Virus record (IMG/VR): IMGVR_UViG_3300035181_001203
Span: 1-64,000 of that record
Length of the DNA: 64,000 nucleotides
Strand: one strand, 5' to 3'
Source: a virus
Below are positions 1 to 10,482 of the stretch, one piece after another. Both the position numbers and the translations under genes were made by a program. Within the stretch, counting starts at the first letter, position 1, and every line of letters starts with the position of its first letter. The notes under the pieces are model-generated. The model saw nothing but the letters and a program-made list of their open reading frames with translations, had not been told where the DNA came from and did no database searches.

Positions 1-607
1 ATTGACGAATATCAGAAAAATCAAAAATAAATCTAGCTTTCTTAGCTTTCTTCTCATATGTAGCTACTTCAAGAATTTCTAAAGCTTTTGCCCATCCTTC
101 TCGACTATCCTCAATCAAATGATAATAATCTGCTTTATAAGGAAAGCCTTCTTTAGCCAATACTTTAATACCCTGATTAATTTGATACTTAGAGTTATAA
201 TCAGCATGGTCCATAGAAAGAACGCAATTAAGAATTGGCATATTACGCCAATCTACGATGATTTGATCATCACTATAATTACGGCCTACACCTGAGCCAT
301 TCAATAATAATAAGAATTCCAAAAATGATAAAGGCGCTGTACTACAGTTTGAAAAGACTTCCATGTTACGATAAGGTTGATCAATATCACCATGCTGATA
401 ATGACGACCAGCGGGTAAAAGACGACCACTAGCGATACCATTACGTACACTAATATAATCAGCTTTACCACTTGGATGAAGTAAAGTATTACCTAATGCA
501 ACTCGTTCACTTAATTGCGACCAATTCTCACCTTGTCTTAAATACGTTCTCTTTGCAACAGCTTGACCTAATAATGGATCTAGTTCTCTAACATAAAAAT
601 TATCCAT
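1..607 (-). CDS. nrdJ: Class II (B12-dependent) ribonucleotide reductase, N-terminal part (runs off window)
   Basis: Manual translation MDNFYVRELDPLLGQAVAKRTYLR...LLPAGRH...FSNCS...LLLNGSGVG...IEDSREGW...FSDIR. PAGR/NC/GSGVG/DSREGW motifs are typical of monomeric class II RNRs. GGAGGA RBS at 611-616. Confidence 0.85.
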   Translation of the reverse strand, partial: MDNFYVRELDPLLGQAVAKRTYLRQGENWSQLSERVALGNTLLHPSGKADYISVRNGIASGRLLPAGRHYQHGDIDQPYRNMEVFSNCSTAPLSFLEFLLLLNGSGVGRNYSDDQIIVDWRNMPILNCVLSMDHADYNSKYQINQGIKVLAKEGFPYKADYYHLIEDSREGWAKALEILEVATYEKKAKKARFIFDFSDIRQ

Positions 608-653
608 TTATCCTCCAATAAAAATAAGACTATCTTAAATATGGGATAGAAAT

Positions 654-682
654 GCCCCACTAAAAACATATCTTAGCGGGGC
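654..682 (-). terminator. Hairpin, probable terminator between the 276-aa gene and RNR
   Basis: GCCCCGCTAA...TTAGTGGGGC on the minus strand followed by ATTTCT; U-tract is weak. Confidence 0.45.
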
Positions 683-725
683 GAAGAAATATAAGTCTAA
701 CATGCGTAACACAATTTGTCAAGCG

Positions 726-1556
726 TTAGACTTGTGCATCTTTTTGAGTTTCTATAAATTGCGATTCCAATTGTTCTTTAGTATAGATAACTGGTTCATC
801 AAAATCTATCTTTGCATTTAAAGTATCAATTAAAGTATCAAGATCTGTTTTACTACCAGCACCCAGTTTGATTAATTTTTCAGAAACATTTACTTGAAAT
901 TTTAACCAATTATTTAATTGAACATTATCTTCTGCCAATAAAGCATCATTAACTTTAATAGAAATAATTTGTAATGCATTATCAATAAGTTTTTTAGGAA
1001 CTATATCTGATATCGTTATGCCTAGTAATACTTTTAATTTATTCCTAGAAGTATTTTTTAGAACTTGTTTTAACAAATTCTTTTCATTAACATCACCTAT
1101 ATAATTATCAATAAAAGATTCTTTATATAAAATTTGTTTATAATTAGAAATACACTCAGTATAGCTATCAATATAAATTATATTGTAGTTATTAAACTCT
1201 CTCATAATGTCAGATTTTCTAAATACACTACTTAAACACATCCCATCTATTTTACGTCTAGTATCTGTATCGAATAATATATCTTGAAAATTATCATCAT
1301 TAAAAACTGAATGCAATCCAGTCAAATTAAATTTACTTAAAAAATACCTAAAATCTGAATCAGTATATGAACCAAGTAGTATTCCTTTTGGAATAGGTTC
1401 TTTAACTAATTCAGATTTTATATATTCAAATGGATCTTCAAAATTAAACTGCACCGACGGAAGATACATTTCAAGCAAATCTCCAAATGTTCCCTTATCG
1501 CATTTGCTAATAGCGGCAAAATAATAAAGTAACTTTTGGAAAGGATATTTTATCAA
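726..1556 (-). CDS. Hypothetical protein
   Basis: 276-aa ORF coupled (ATGA overlap) to the upstream gene; no motif recognised. Confidence 0.6.
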   Translation of the reverse strand: MIKYPFQKLLYYFAAISKCDKGTFGDLLEMYLPSVQFNFEDPFEYIKSELVKEPIPKGILLGSYTDSDFRYFLSKFNLTGLHSVFNDDNFQDILFDTDTRRKIDGMCLSSVFRKSDIMREFNNYNIIYIDSYTECISNYKQILYKESFIDNYIGDVNEKNLLKQVLKNTSRNKLKVLLGITISDIVPKKLIDNALQIISIKVNDALLAEDNVQLNNWLKFQVNVSEKLIKLGAGSKTDLDTLIDTLNAKIDFDEPVIYTKEQLESQFIETQKDAQV

Positions 1557-3319
1557 AGTGAACCAAGATTATAACTAATATTATCCAAAGCAAAAATAGC
1601 TTGGGTTAATTGCGTTTCATCTATATTGAATAAAGTACGATTCATACGTTTAATGATTAATAGTTTACATAGACGATCTAACATTTCATATAGATCAGGA
1701 ATTAAAAGTTTAAATCGTTTAATATTATTATAAGTAACAAGATTTAAACCTAAAGCTAAGTCAATATTAGACTTATCGCCACTTGCTAAAGCTACTTTTA
1801 AAAGATCTGAATCTTCTGTAATTTTATTAATTACTGATGCCATTTTAGTTAATTTTTCATCTTTAACTTCTTCTTTACTTTCTTTTGCATTCCCTTGGAA
1901 AGTATAAACACCATCTTTTTCTGCATTCATTAAAGCATATCTAGCATCATCATGAGATAAGCCACATCTTACTAAAACGACTATTGCATCATTTTTACCT
2001 AAATCTTTTAATTTAGTACTATCAATACCACTAATTCCCGCATCATTAATAGTAAATTTATTATTAAGCTGTTTTGTAATCTTAACTGTCAAACCAGCAT
2101 TTTTAATTACGTCTTCAGGAGTTCTAATCCAATCAGCATGCATATCATCTGGATATACTTTTACTAAATTAGCAAAAGATGAAATTAAATAATTTTTAGG
2201 ATCTAAAGGTATAATTGTTTTAATATCAGAAGAAGTTCTAAGATTAATATTATCAAGAGAATCAGTTAATACGGAATAAATTTTATCTCCACCCATATTG
2301 GATATACTATTAATATAGAATGGACCATAAAAATTATCGCCAATAACAATACCAGCATAATCACCAGCTTTGGCTTGTTCAGTATGAATTTCCATTCCTC
2401 CATCTTGGTTTTCTCTTGCAACTAAAGAACCCATATATCGTGGCAAATATTTACCACATTCTGTTATAATAATATTGCTATCAGTGGAATTATTTTTTTC
2501 GGTTAAAGAAGATAATCTAAAATGATTAAATGAACGAGCTTTAACATACTCTCCATTTATATCAACAAATCCTATTCTATTTTTAGTTTGTTTAAAATTA
2601 TTTTTTAACTCTTTTTTATCTATCTCTAATACAACTTTAGGAGGCATGCTTGAAATAATCATATCTTTATCATACATTAATTTTGTAACAACTTCTTTTC
2701 CAAACTTTTTAGCAAATTCAGATAATTTATATTCTACGTCTGGATTTTTAATATCTCTTACAACTATTGGTTTATTAGAAGAAGCTTCTTTAATAAATAC
2801 TCTAGCTACATACTCTTCGTCATTACTTGGAATATTTCTATTACAAAATTCTTCAATAATTTCAGGGTATTCTTCAGCAATCTTCTGAAGAGTATCTTTA
2901 TGTTTTTCAATAAAATTAATTTTGATATCGCCTGTATCCTCAAAAAGCGATGCCGTTTTAAGAAGTTGTCCCCTTTCAGATTGGGATACAAGTTTAAAAG
3001 GCCACGTTCGTTTTTCTATTAGATTAATGGAATTCTCTGTTAGTGGCAGATACTTCCCATTGTCAATATAAATATCTAATGGATTTAACTCGTATTCATC
3101 AATAATAAAAGGAATACGTTGTGGCTTTCCAATCATAGAGATATAGCCTACGGCATTTCCTTTGATTGGATCAACTTTGGCAAATGTTACATCGCCAACC
3201 AATTTTGAAAGCGTCGGAAATTTGGAAATCAGATGATTTACAATCTGATCACCCCAAGAATTAGAATCCGATGTTAAACGGACACTAGTGTTAACGGAAA
3301 ATAAATCGCTTAATGACAT
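1553..3319 (-). CDS. Putative virion/head protein rich in KxA motifs
   Basis: Likely start ATG 3319 (GGAG upstream). Contains LLKTAS, LQKIAE, FIKEAS, VIKNAG, LTKMAS, LLKVAL. Confidence 0.55.
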   Translation of the reverse strand: MSLSDLFSVNTSVRLTSDSNSWGDQIVNHLISKFPTLSKLVGDVTFAKVDPIKGNAVGYISMIGKPQRIPFIIDEYELNPLDIYIDNGKYLPLTENSINLIEKRTWPFKLVSQSERGQLLKTASLFEDTGDIKINFIEKHKDTLQKIAEEYPEIIEEFCNRNIPSNDEEYVARVFIKEASSNKPIVVRDIKNPDVEYKLSEFAKKFGKEVVTKLMYDKDMIISSMPPKVVLEIDKKELKNNFKQTKNRIGFVDINGEYVKARSFNHFRLSSLTEKNNSTDSNIIITECGKYLPRYMGSLVARENQDGGMEIHTEQAKAGDYAGIVIGDNFYGPFYINSISNMGGDKIYSVLTDSLDNINLRTSSDIKTIIPLDPKNYLISSFANLVKVYPDDMHADWIRTPEDVIKNAGLTVKITKQLNNKFTINDAGISGIDSTKLKDLGKNDAIVVLVRCGLSHDDARYALMNAEKDGVYTFQGNAKESKEEVKDEKLTKMASVINKITEDSDLLKVALASGDKSNIDLALGLNLVTYNNIKRFKLLIPDLYEMLDRLCKLLIIKRMNRTLFNIDETQLTQAIFALDNISYNLGSL

Positions 3320-3493
3320 TCTCTTTAGCTCCAAGAAAAGTCTAAGAGGTTGGGCTACCTGGAATAAACTTTGTTTAAAGAATTGTTTCTCGAAATTAGT
3401 AAATATATTTTTGATAATAAGGATAATTCTATTATTGATGATTTATCTACTAATATTATAATCAGAGTAATAGAATGGTTTGATTAAATGAAC

Positions 3494-3533
3494 AAGGTGC
3501 AATTTGCTATTACAGAGATTGCACCTTTTTTTT
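3494..3533. terminator. Intrinsic terminator-like hairpin downstream of RNAP gene
   Basis: AAGGTGCAAT...ATTGCACCTT with a T-run on the + side. Confidence 0.55.
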
Positions 3534-3591
3534 AGCTATCCCTCATTACTGAATTATATCAGAATCTTTAAATTTTAACACCAACTTTCAA

Positions 3592-6500
3592 TCAGTATCT
3601 TCCACCTGGCCCATCCTCTATTTGGCCTGTTACGAAAGACGCAATTGGAGAATATCCATGTATGTCTGAATCGTATCCATAAGTAGCGCCTTCTTGTAAT
3701 CCGCGTTTTAAATAACGATATCCCATATTAGCTAAAAAATCTCTACTTTTTAACGGAGCTTGTTGAACACCCATTAAAGTTCTATCATAAGATATTGGTT
3801 CATGTTTAACTTCAATTTCTTTATGCTTATGTTTAATTGAATTAATCATAGCGGAGTTGACTCTATCTCCAGCTTTATATCCAGCAACATCTTTAGCTAA
3901 CGTCATGCCATAAGATTCTTCTGGAGATAATTTATGAGTTTCATTTGTTTTTTGATTCCAATTATAAATAGATGAAAGTGGTACTATATCATTTTTAACA
4001 AAATGAGTATGAGTTCCTTCATCTTTTACTATTCCAAATCCAGTCATACCTCTTACTACAGTTTCTAAGTTTCGTCTATCTACCTTAATACCAGAATCAT
4101 TATATAATTTGCTAATTGAATTTGTAATTTTTTGAATTCCTTTAATCTCACCTAAGAGTTTAATTGCATCTTTTGGATGTGGAATACCATAATTTAAAAC
4201 ATCACCTATATTAACATGATCGCCAACTTTTACTACTAAATCTCCAGAATGAGGATTAATAAAGTGTTCTACGTTATCAATATCAACGTGCCAACCACCA
4301 GCAGAACCGGGAGTAATTTTAGTTATCTTTCCTGTTTTAGTAGCCATTGTTGCTTTATTTTTAAAAGTCTCAGGAGCTTGTAAAAAGTTCTGTATATGCT
4401 CAAAACCACCAAAAGCACCACCACCACCTGAAGCTGTTCCTCCAGTATGGAATGTTTTCATAGCAGCTTGAGTTAAAGGTTCAATTATAGCTTGACTAGA
4501 TTTAATACCTACATTATCTCCAATAGGAACTAAATTACCAAATTCATCCATTCCATAACATTTTTGACAAATACCATGTGGAGCTTCACAAGTAGCGGGA
4601 GAGCGTACAGTTACTTCATTATATTTCTTTTTAATAGAATCATAATTAGATTTTGTTACTAAAGTTCCATCAGTTAAATATCTACCAATTAAATAAGGAT
4701 CATCAGTTGACATAGGAATTCCATGATGCGTTTTGCAATCATGTTCTGAAATTACAATATTCATAGTTGTATTAACTACTTCTTTATTTAAAGCTCCAGG
4801 TTTAGAAGTCATTAATTGTTTATCTAATGATCCTTTACGAGCAGAATATAAAGTTGTCCAGTAATCTGCAAAAGGCATACCTTGACCATAATTAGAAAGA
4901 ACTGGTCTAAGAATTACCTCACCATTATGGTCCGTCATCATTCCTGGAGCAAAATTAATAGAAGAAACATTATTTGATGAACCCTTACTTCCTGAAACTA
5001 CAATTTTAACAAAATTATTTGAAAGATCATTAAGAGAAGAATCTTTCATTGCCTTATCAGCTTTAAGTAAAGATTCTTTTTTAATTTTATCAGATACATT
5101 AGAATTAAGAATTTTCATAGCACTACTAAAGTGCTTATTAACTTCTTTTGAATTGTCGGGAAGATCAGCTAATGATAATGAGAATCCAGCCTTAGTGCCA
5201 TACTCATCACCTAACTCTTTTAATTTAGTTACTACTTCACTATATTTATCTGGATGCTTTTCAGCTAATGATTCTAATGTTTTTGTAATAGAAGTTTTAT
5301 TAGCTTCTTTTTCTATGTGATTAATATCAGCAGGAAATAATTTATTTATTTCTGCTAATCCTTTAGGTGTTTTAGATAATAAATATAATCCGATAACCGC
5401 TTCTTGATCAGGTGTATAATTAAGTGTACGCGCCCTCGGATTATATAAATTTTTGCTAGGTAATAAAGAGAAAGATTCTTTTCTAGCTTTTTCTGTAGCA
5501 GGAACATGAAGCACAAGAGTATCGCCATCATAATCAAGACTAAATGGCTTAACAATAATTCCAGGGGTTTCAATTGATAATCCTTTAGTTAATGTTGGTT
5601 GAAAAGCCATAATGGAAAATTTATGTAATGATGGAGCCCGATTCATTAATACTGGGCGATCAGACATTGCAGCTTGAACTGCCTTCTTTCCAATTTCAGT
5701 AAAATTATCAATATGTTCTTCAGCTTCTTTATGTTTATATCCTTGATTTATTAATTCTTTAATAGCAAAAGGTTTATAAATTACTTTAGCCATTTTTTCA
5801 GGAATCGCAATTTGATCCATGTTAAGATTATTATTTAGAATTGCAGTTGCTCTACCAGAAAGATCTTGTTGTTTTCTCAATACTTTGCTTTGAAAGAAAC
5901 CGTGCTTAGGACTTGATTGATTTGTAATAATATTAACTACACCCTTAACTTCTTTCATTTCATTCTGTTTTGATATAGGAGTCATTAATCCTTGAATAGC
6001 TCCAAGTGCTTGATATAATGTGTTAGATAATTCTTTTGTTTGTCCAAATTCTTTTATAGCTTCATTTGTTAAACCTAAATCTCTGTATAAATAATTTAAT
6101 GAATGCGTCTGTAAAGCGCCCCCTGGAAGTTCAAATACAGGTCTGAACTGTGGAGGGATAACAGGCACAACTGAAGTAGTATAAGCTTCATCTGGTTTCA
6201 TTTTTAAACTATCTAATGACTTAAAGATTTTTAACTTTTTGAGCATTATATCTTTTTTTGTCTTTGGCGCAGTTTTTATAGCATTTAATAAATTATCTAT
6301 TTGCTCTTTTACATTGATTTCTGATAACATTTTTTTAATTTTTTCATGACCATTATCTTCGTTGATTATATTTTTAAATTCAGAATCTTTTAAGTCAAGA
6401 ATAGTTTTTACAGCACCTTCAAACATAGGATTTACAACTGGATGTACTAATGTAATTTTAGACCACTTTTGTCCATTAGATCCACCAGTTTTTCCAATAT

Positions 6501-9500
6501 CAAATAATCCACCTTTTATTGGTTCTAGATTATGATCAAGCATTCTAAAGTTTTCAATCTCATTATTTCCAGCTAATTTTAAACTATCTTTATCTGTTAA
6601 TGGTGTTAGGATTTTTTTAGATCCATCGTTACGAACATTAACACCAGCAGCATTAAGAAGTCCTTCAAACTTCTTATAAACAAATGGAATTTGAGGTTTT
6701 GGTAATGGCAATCCATTTTGTAAATTTTGCCAGAATTGAGCATTACCATCACCCTTAATGGTTGAAATTTCATTAAGAATTCCTCTTGCTCCATGAGAAA
6801 GCAATCCATAAAGCGTTAATTGATCAATAGCCTTAGAGCCATCATCGCCACCTTTAATTGGTTTATTATCTATATCATATGTGCCAGTATCTCTGGCTGA
6901 TAAGTTCCCTTTTGCTACTTTGAAAAGTTTTTCAACATAAGGCTGTCCTACCATAATCTGACCAAAACTTTTTCCAGTTTTAGGATCAAATAATTCTTCG
7001 GTATCAGAAATATTATGCTTCTTCAATTCTTTTTTTAATTTATCTAATTCGTTGTGTTCAGCAAAGTTTTGAACTACATAAGGACGACCAGTCTTTAATG
7101 CAATTTTACTAGCTGAATTTTCTAGCATCTGTCCTATACTCATACGAGTAATAACGCTTAATGGACTAATAATTACTTCAGTAGATTTTCCATCTTTTGA
7201 TTGTGGCATTTCGTTATCTGGAACTATTGCAGTAATTACGCCTTTATTCCCATGACGTAAAGCGAGTTTATCTCCTGGTAAAGCAGGAGATTCATATTTG
7301 CCATGAATTTTAATATTCTTACTATTATAAACTGCTTTAGTTATTACTCCAGGAACTAATTGATCCCATGTTCTAGAAACATCTTTGTATGGTTGGACTA
7401 AAGATTTATGCAATCTATTTAAAATTAAATCTTCATTTGTTCCAGATGCTTTTTGTAATACTAAAGCATATGGATCACCTGGCTCTAAAATAACATTCTG
7501 TTTTGCGAGTCCATTATCATCAATCTTATCTAATTGTGCTTTTGTATATTTTGTAGGATACATTGAAACAAATTTCTTCTTATCTACAATAATAGAATGA
7601 TCATCTTTTTCAATATAATCTTGATACATATGATTTGAAGTTAATTTTTTTGCTCCAGTTTCAGAAACTACAATACCATCTTCAAAATTTAATCCCTTCC
7701 AAGGCATATATGCTAATCTCATATTAGTGCCTAAAGCCAAAGTACCATTTCTTGTAAAATTAGAGTCAGCAATTACATCGCCATTTTTAAAAGAATCACC
7801 CTTTTTAAGATGCTCAATTTCATGATGCATATATGATTTATTTTGTAGATCATAATTATTAAATAAAGGTAATTGATAAACTTTTCCTGACTTACCCTTA
7901 AAAGTTAAATGTGATTTTGAAATATCTTCGATTACTCCATCTTCAGGAGCTATCAATGTAATATCATGAGCAGAACCAAAATAATGTTCTACAGTTTGAT
8001 TTTTTTCTATTGGAGATTGTATTTGGACTAATGGAGCTTCACGATGTTTTAAAGAAATAGCTTGGGTAATATGTCTAGAAGCCATACCTGCTCTATTACC
8101 CTGATTATAATTTAATGACGGTAAAGCCTGTGATGACATTGTGAAAGCAGCATGACTAGAAGGAAGTTGATGGGTAATATTTGATGCATTAGTTTCAATT
8201 TGTTTACCTTCTTTAATTGCAGTTACGTTACCTTTTAATACTTGATCTGGTAAAGCAATAGTATGATGATAAGCATCAATAGCACTTACATATTCAGTTT
8301 TCCCAGTTTTAACATTTTTTAATTTAGTTTCTAAATCATTGCCTGCTTTTCTAGTATTAACTGTTAAGTTTAATGTTACACCAATCTTTTTAGACTCTGG
8401 AGTATTAATAGGATCTAAAAACCCTAAATGAGTTGGATGTAATGCCTGTGAATCAGCCATGATTGATTCAGCATTTTCAATACCACCTTCACCAGTAATT
8501 GTAGTTTTATAACTAGCATTAATAATTGATAATGGATTAATTTGTGAAGGGATTTCAGATAATGCAGCAGAATTAAAGAAAGAAAATATATGCTGATTAA
8601 TATGGCCTGAATGCATAATGTTTTCAAGCTTATCACTTTTCTTCATTTTATTTTCAATATCAAATTGTATTTTTCTACGATTTTTATTTAATCGTTCACC
8701 AATAAAATCTTCTACAGTGTGAATAGTTTTAAATGCTAAAGCATCACGATCATCAGGTTCCTCTAATCCACGAGAAACATTAACAACTTTTTCAAAACCA
8801 CGCAATAAAGCTCTACCATCTAAATGACTAAATTCTTTTCCTAAAGTAATTTTAGTTACTTTAGGATCTAGTTTAGCATTTGATAATTCTGTGGCTAATT
8901 GACTTGAAATCTCTGCATGACTACTTGGAAGCTCAAGTTTTGGATTTACAGATTTAAAGAAACGTTTAATCTCTTCATCTGATTTATTACCTAATATTTT
9001 AATATTAGCGTTATAAACATCTTCACCAAAGGCTTTTTTAATTTCAGTATCATTGATTCCAAGAATTCTTAAAACAGGTATTGCCTTAATATTAGCTTGA
9101 TTAACATTAATTTCAAGTTTTTTAGTTAATGGATCTACAGATAATCTTAAATTTTTAAAACCATTTGGATTTATATGTGCTTCAATCTCACCATTTTGTT
9201 TAATACGAGAATAAATACCAGGGCGTAATCTTAATTGGTTATCAATATTATATTCAGTTCCTTGAACTACATATGTCCCTGAATTAGTCAAAACAGGAAT
9301 AGTTGCAATTTTTTGATGCTTCTTGTCTAAAATATTTCCTTTACTATCTTTAAGAATAACATCACCATATAAATTTATTCCATAAGTTTTATCATGTGCT
9401 TTAGCTTCAGAGATAGCATGATAATTTCTTGGATCTGCTTCATCAAATCCCTTTGTTACGATATTTTTAATTTCTAAAGTTTTTCCTCCAGCTTGGATAG

Positions 9501-9573
9501 GAAAAATATTATTAATATTATTCTCAACTACATTTGCTATTTTCTTGGTTTGCTCAATCGGTGATAATAACAT
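3592..9573 (-). CDS. rpoBC: Multisubunit-type DNA-directed RNA polymerase, fused beta-beta' single polypeptide
   Basis: Beta motifs: HLGFLDPINTPES, AYMPWKGLNFEDGIVVSE, GDKLALRHGNKGVI, RMSIGQMLE. Beta' motifs: PVIPPQFRP, LMNRAPSLHKFSIMAF, catalytic DYDGD, SGSKGS, RSPATC..CQKCYG, EPLTQAAMKTFHTGG. Confidence 0.97.
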   Translation of the reverse strand: MLLSPIEQTKKIANVVENNINNIFPIQAGGKTLEIKNIVTKGFDEADPRNYHAISEAKAHDKTYGINLYGDVILKDSKGNILDKKHQKIATIPVLTNSGTYVVQGTEYNIDNQLRLRPGIYSRIKQNGEIEAHINPNGFKNLRLSVDPLTKKLEINVNQANIKAIPVLRILGINDTEIKKAFGEDVYNANIKILGNKSDEEIKRFFKSVNPKLELPSSHAEISSQLATELSNAKLDPKVTKITLGKEFSHLDGRALLRGFEKVVNVSRGLEEPDDRDALAFKTIHTVEDFIGERLNKNRRKIQFDIENKMKKSDKLENIMHSGHINQHIFSFFNSAALSEIPSQINPLSIINASYKTTITGEGGIENAESIMADSQALHPTHLGFLDPINTPESKKIGVTLNLTVNTRKAGNDLETKLKNVKTGKTEYVSAIDAYHHTIALPDQVLKGNVTAIKEGKQIETNASNITHQLPSSHAAFTMSSQALPSLNYNQGNRAGMASRHITQAISLKHREAPLVQIQSPIEKNQTVEHYFGSAHDITLIAPEDGVIEDISKSHLTFKGKSGKVYQLPLFNNYDLQNKSYMHHEIEHLKKGDSFKNGDVIADSNFTRNGTLALGTNMRLAYMPWKGLNFEDGIVVSETGAKKLTSNHMYQDYIEKDDHSIIVDKKKFVSMYPTKYTKAQLDKIDDNGLAKQNVILEPGDPYALVLQKASGTNEDLILNRLHKSLVQPYKDVSRTWDQLVPGVITKAVYNSKNIKIHGKYESPALPGDKLALRHGNKGVITAIVPDNEMPQSKDGKSTEVIISPLSVITRMSIGQMLENSASKIALKTGRPYVVQNFAEHNELDKLKKELKKHNISDTEELFDPKTGKSFGQIMVGQPYVEKLFKVAKGNLSARDTGTYDIDNKPIKGGDDGSKAIDQLTLYGLLSHGARGILNEISTIKGDGNAQFWQNLQNGLPLPKPQIPFVYKKFEGLLNAAGVNVRNDGSKKILTPLTDKDSLKLAGNNEIENFRMLDHNLEPIKGGLFDIGKTGGSNGQKWSKITLVHPVVNPMFEGAVKTILDLKDSEFKNIINEDNGHEKIKKMLSEINVKEQIDNLLNAIKTAPKTKKDIMLKKLKIFKSLDSLKMKPDEAYTTSVVPVIPPQFRPVFELPGGALQTHSLNYLYRDLGLTNEAIKEFGQTKELSNTLYQALGAIQGLMTPISKQNEMKEVKGVVNIITNQSSPKHGFFQSKVLRKQQDLSGRATAILNNNLNMDQIAIPEKMAKVIYKPFAIKELINQGYKHKEAEEHIDNFTEIGKKAVQAAMSDRPVLMNRAPSLHKFSIMAFQPTLTKGLSIETPGIIVKPFSLDYDGDTLVLHVPATEKARKESFSLLPSKNLYNPRARTLNYTPDQEAVIGLYLLSKTPKGLAEINKLFPADINHIEKEANKTSITKTLESLAEKHPDKYSEVVTKLKELGDEYGTKAGFSLSLADLPDNSKEVNKHFSSAMKILNSNVSDKIKKESLLKADKAMKDSSLNDLSNNFVKIVVSGSKGSSNNVSSINFAPGMMTDHNGEVILRPVLSNYGQGMPFADYWTTLYSARKGSLDKQLMTSKPGALNKEVVNTTMNIVISEHDCKTHHGIPMSTDDPYLIGRYLTDGTLVTKSNYDSIKKKYNEVTVRSPATCEAPHGICQKCYGMDEFGNLVPIGDNVGIKSSQAIIEPLTQAAMKTFHTGGTASGGGGAFGGFEHIQNFLQAPETFKNKATMATKTGKITKITPGSAGGWHVDIDNVEHFINPHSGDLVVKVGDHVNIGDVLNYGIPHPKDAIKLLGEIKGIQKITNSISKLYNDSGIKVDRRNLETVVRGMTGFGIVKDEGTHTHFVKNDIVPLSSIYNWNQKTNETHKLSPEESYGMTLAKDVAGYKAGDRVNSAMINSIKHKHKEIEVKHEPISYDRTLMGVQQAPLKSRDFLANMGYRYLKRGLQEGATYGYDSDIHGYSPIASFVTGQIEDGPGGRY

Positions 9574-9590
9574 TTATACCTCTTACGATA

Positions 9591-9619
9591 ATTCTAACAT
9601 AAACAAAAAAGCCGCACAA
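9591..9619 (-). promoter_or_regulatory. Sigma70-like promoter for RNAP gene
   Basis: TTGTGC-17 nt-TAGAAT with extended TG; the -35 lies inside the upstream terminator hairpin; GAGG RBS follows. Confidence 0.5.
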
Positions 9620-9625
9620 GGCGGC
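9605..9625 (-). terminator. Intrinsic terminator after the MSLIKLA genes
   Basis: GCCGC-CTTGT-GCGGC followed by TTTTTT on the minus strand. Confidence 0.75.
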
Positions 9626-9650
9626 CTTAATGTTAAATATTTTAAGTCTT

Positions 9651-9959
9651 TTACATAAAATATATAGTTGGTGATTGGTCTTTATTTTTATGTTTCACAT
9701 AAGAATAAACTGCACTAGCACCTAACATAGCTCCGCCTACTCCAGCCATACGAGAACCATATCTATGAAGTATTCTTTCTTTATTAAAACCCTTCATATG
9801 ATCTACTGCTTCTTTAGCAGCAAATCCTAATGTTCCACCAGCAACAGCAGCACCAATATTTCTCTTATTAAGAGACTTAGACGAACTACCATCATCATGC
9901 TGATTAACAACTATGATTGGATTACTTTGGAGTTGATAAGCTAATTTAATTAGAGACAC
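9651..9959 (-). CDS. Small glycine-zipper protein with MSLIKLA leader (putative internal virion protein)
   Basis: GTG start, SLIKLA, two GxxxG hydrophobic helices. Confidence 0.65.
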   Translation of the reverse strand: MSLIKLAYQLQSNPIIVVNQHDDGSSSKSLNKRNIGAAVAGGTLGFAAKEAVDHMKGFNKERILHRYGSRMAGVGGAMLGASAVYSYVKHKNKDQSPTIYFM

Positions 9960-9992
9960 AAAATCCCCTACTTTCTAACTGCCCATGCTTAT

Positions 9993-10433
9993 TTATAGTT
10001 TTGCTCCTTTAATTGCCTTATCTATCATATTTTCAACAAGTTTCTGTTGAAGTTTAGGATCTTTAAAATTGTGAGTTCCTACTTCTTTAGCAGACCGATA
10101 TACTTCTGGCATCATTCCAAGATCTACTCTATTAACTCCTGCCGCCATTTTAAATCTTGAGCCAAAACCACCTGGCTTTAAGCCTTGAGCTTTAACTGCT
10201 TTCCCTATTCCATGTGCTTGATACGCTAATGTTCCTGCACCAGCACCAGCCCCACCAATAGTAGCGCCAAGTAATGCGTTACGTAATCTATGATCTTTAT
10301 CTCCAGCCATAGCACCACCAATAGCACCTACACTTGCGCCAATAGCAGTATTGCGAACTAGTTGATTGGCAGCTAACGATTTTCCGGCAGCTACAATGCC
10401 ATGATAAGCCGAAGCAAGTTTAATTAAACTCAT
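9993..10433 (-). CDS. Small glycine-zipper protein with MSLIKLA leader
   Basis: AIGASVGAIGGAMAG and ALLGATIGGAGAGAG. Confidence 0.65.
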   Translation of the reverse strand: MSLIKLASAYHGIVAAGKSLAANQLVRNTAIGASVGAIGGAMAGDKDHRLRNALLGATIGGAGAGAGTLAYQAHGIGKAVKAQGLKPGGFGSRFKMAAGVNRVDLGMMPEVYRSAKEVGTHNFKDPKLQQKLVENMIDKAIKGAKL

Positions 10434-10482
10434 TACTAATCTCCTAGTTCTAAAGCTAATTTCATTGTAGATATATTTATTC

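Noticed and set aside
10438-10467. Mini-ORF MKLALELGD between MSLIKLA genes
   Set aside because: Only 9 codons and no RBS; possibly a remnant of a leader but unsupported
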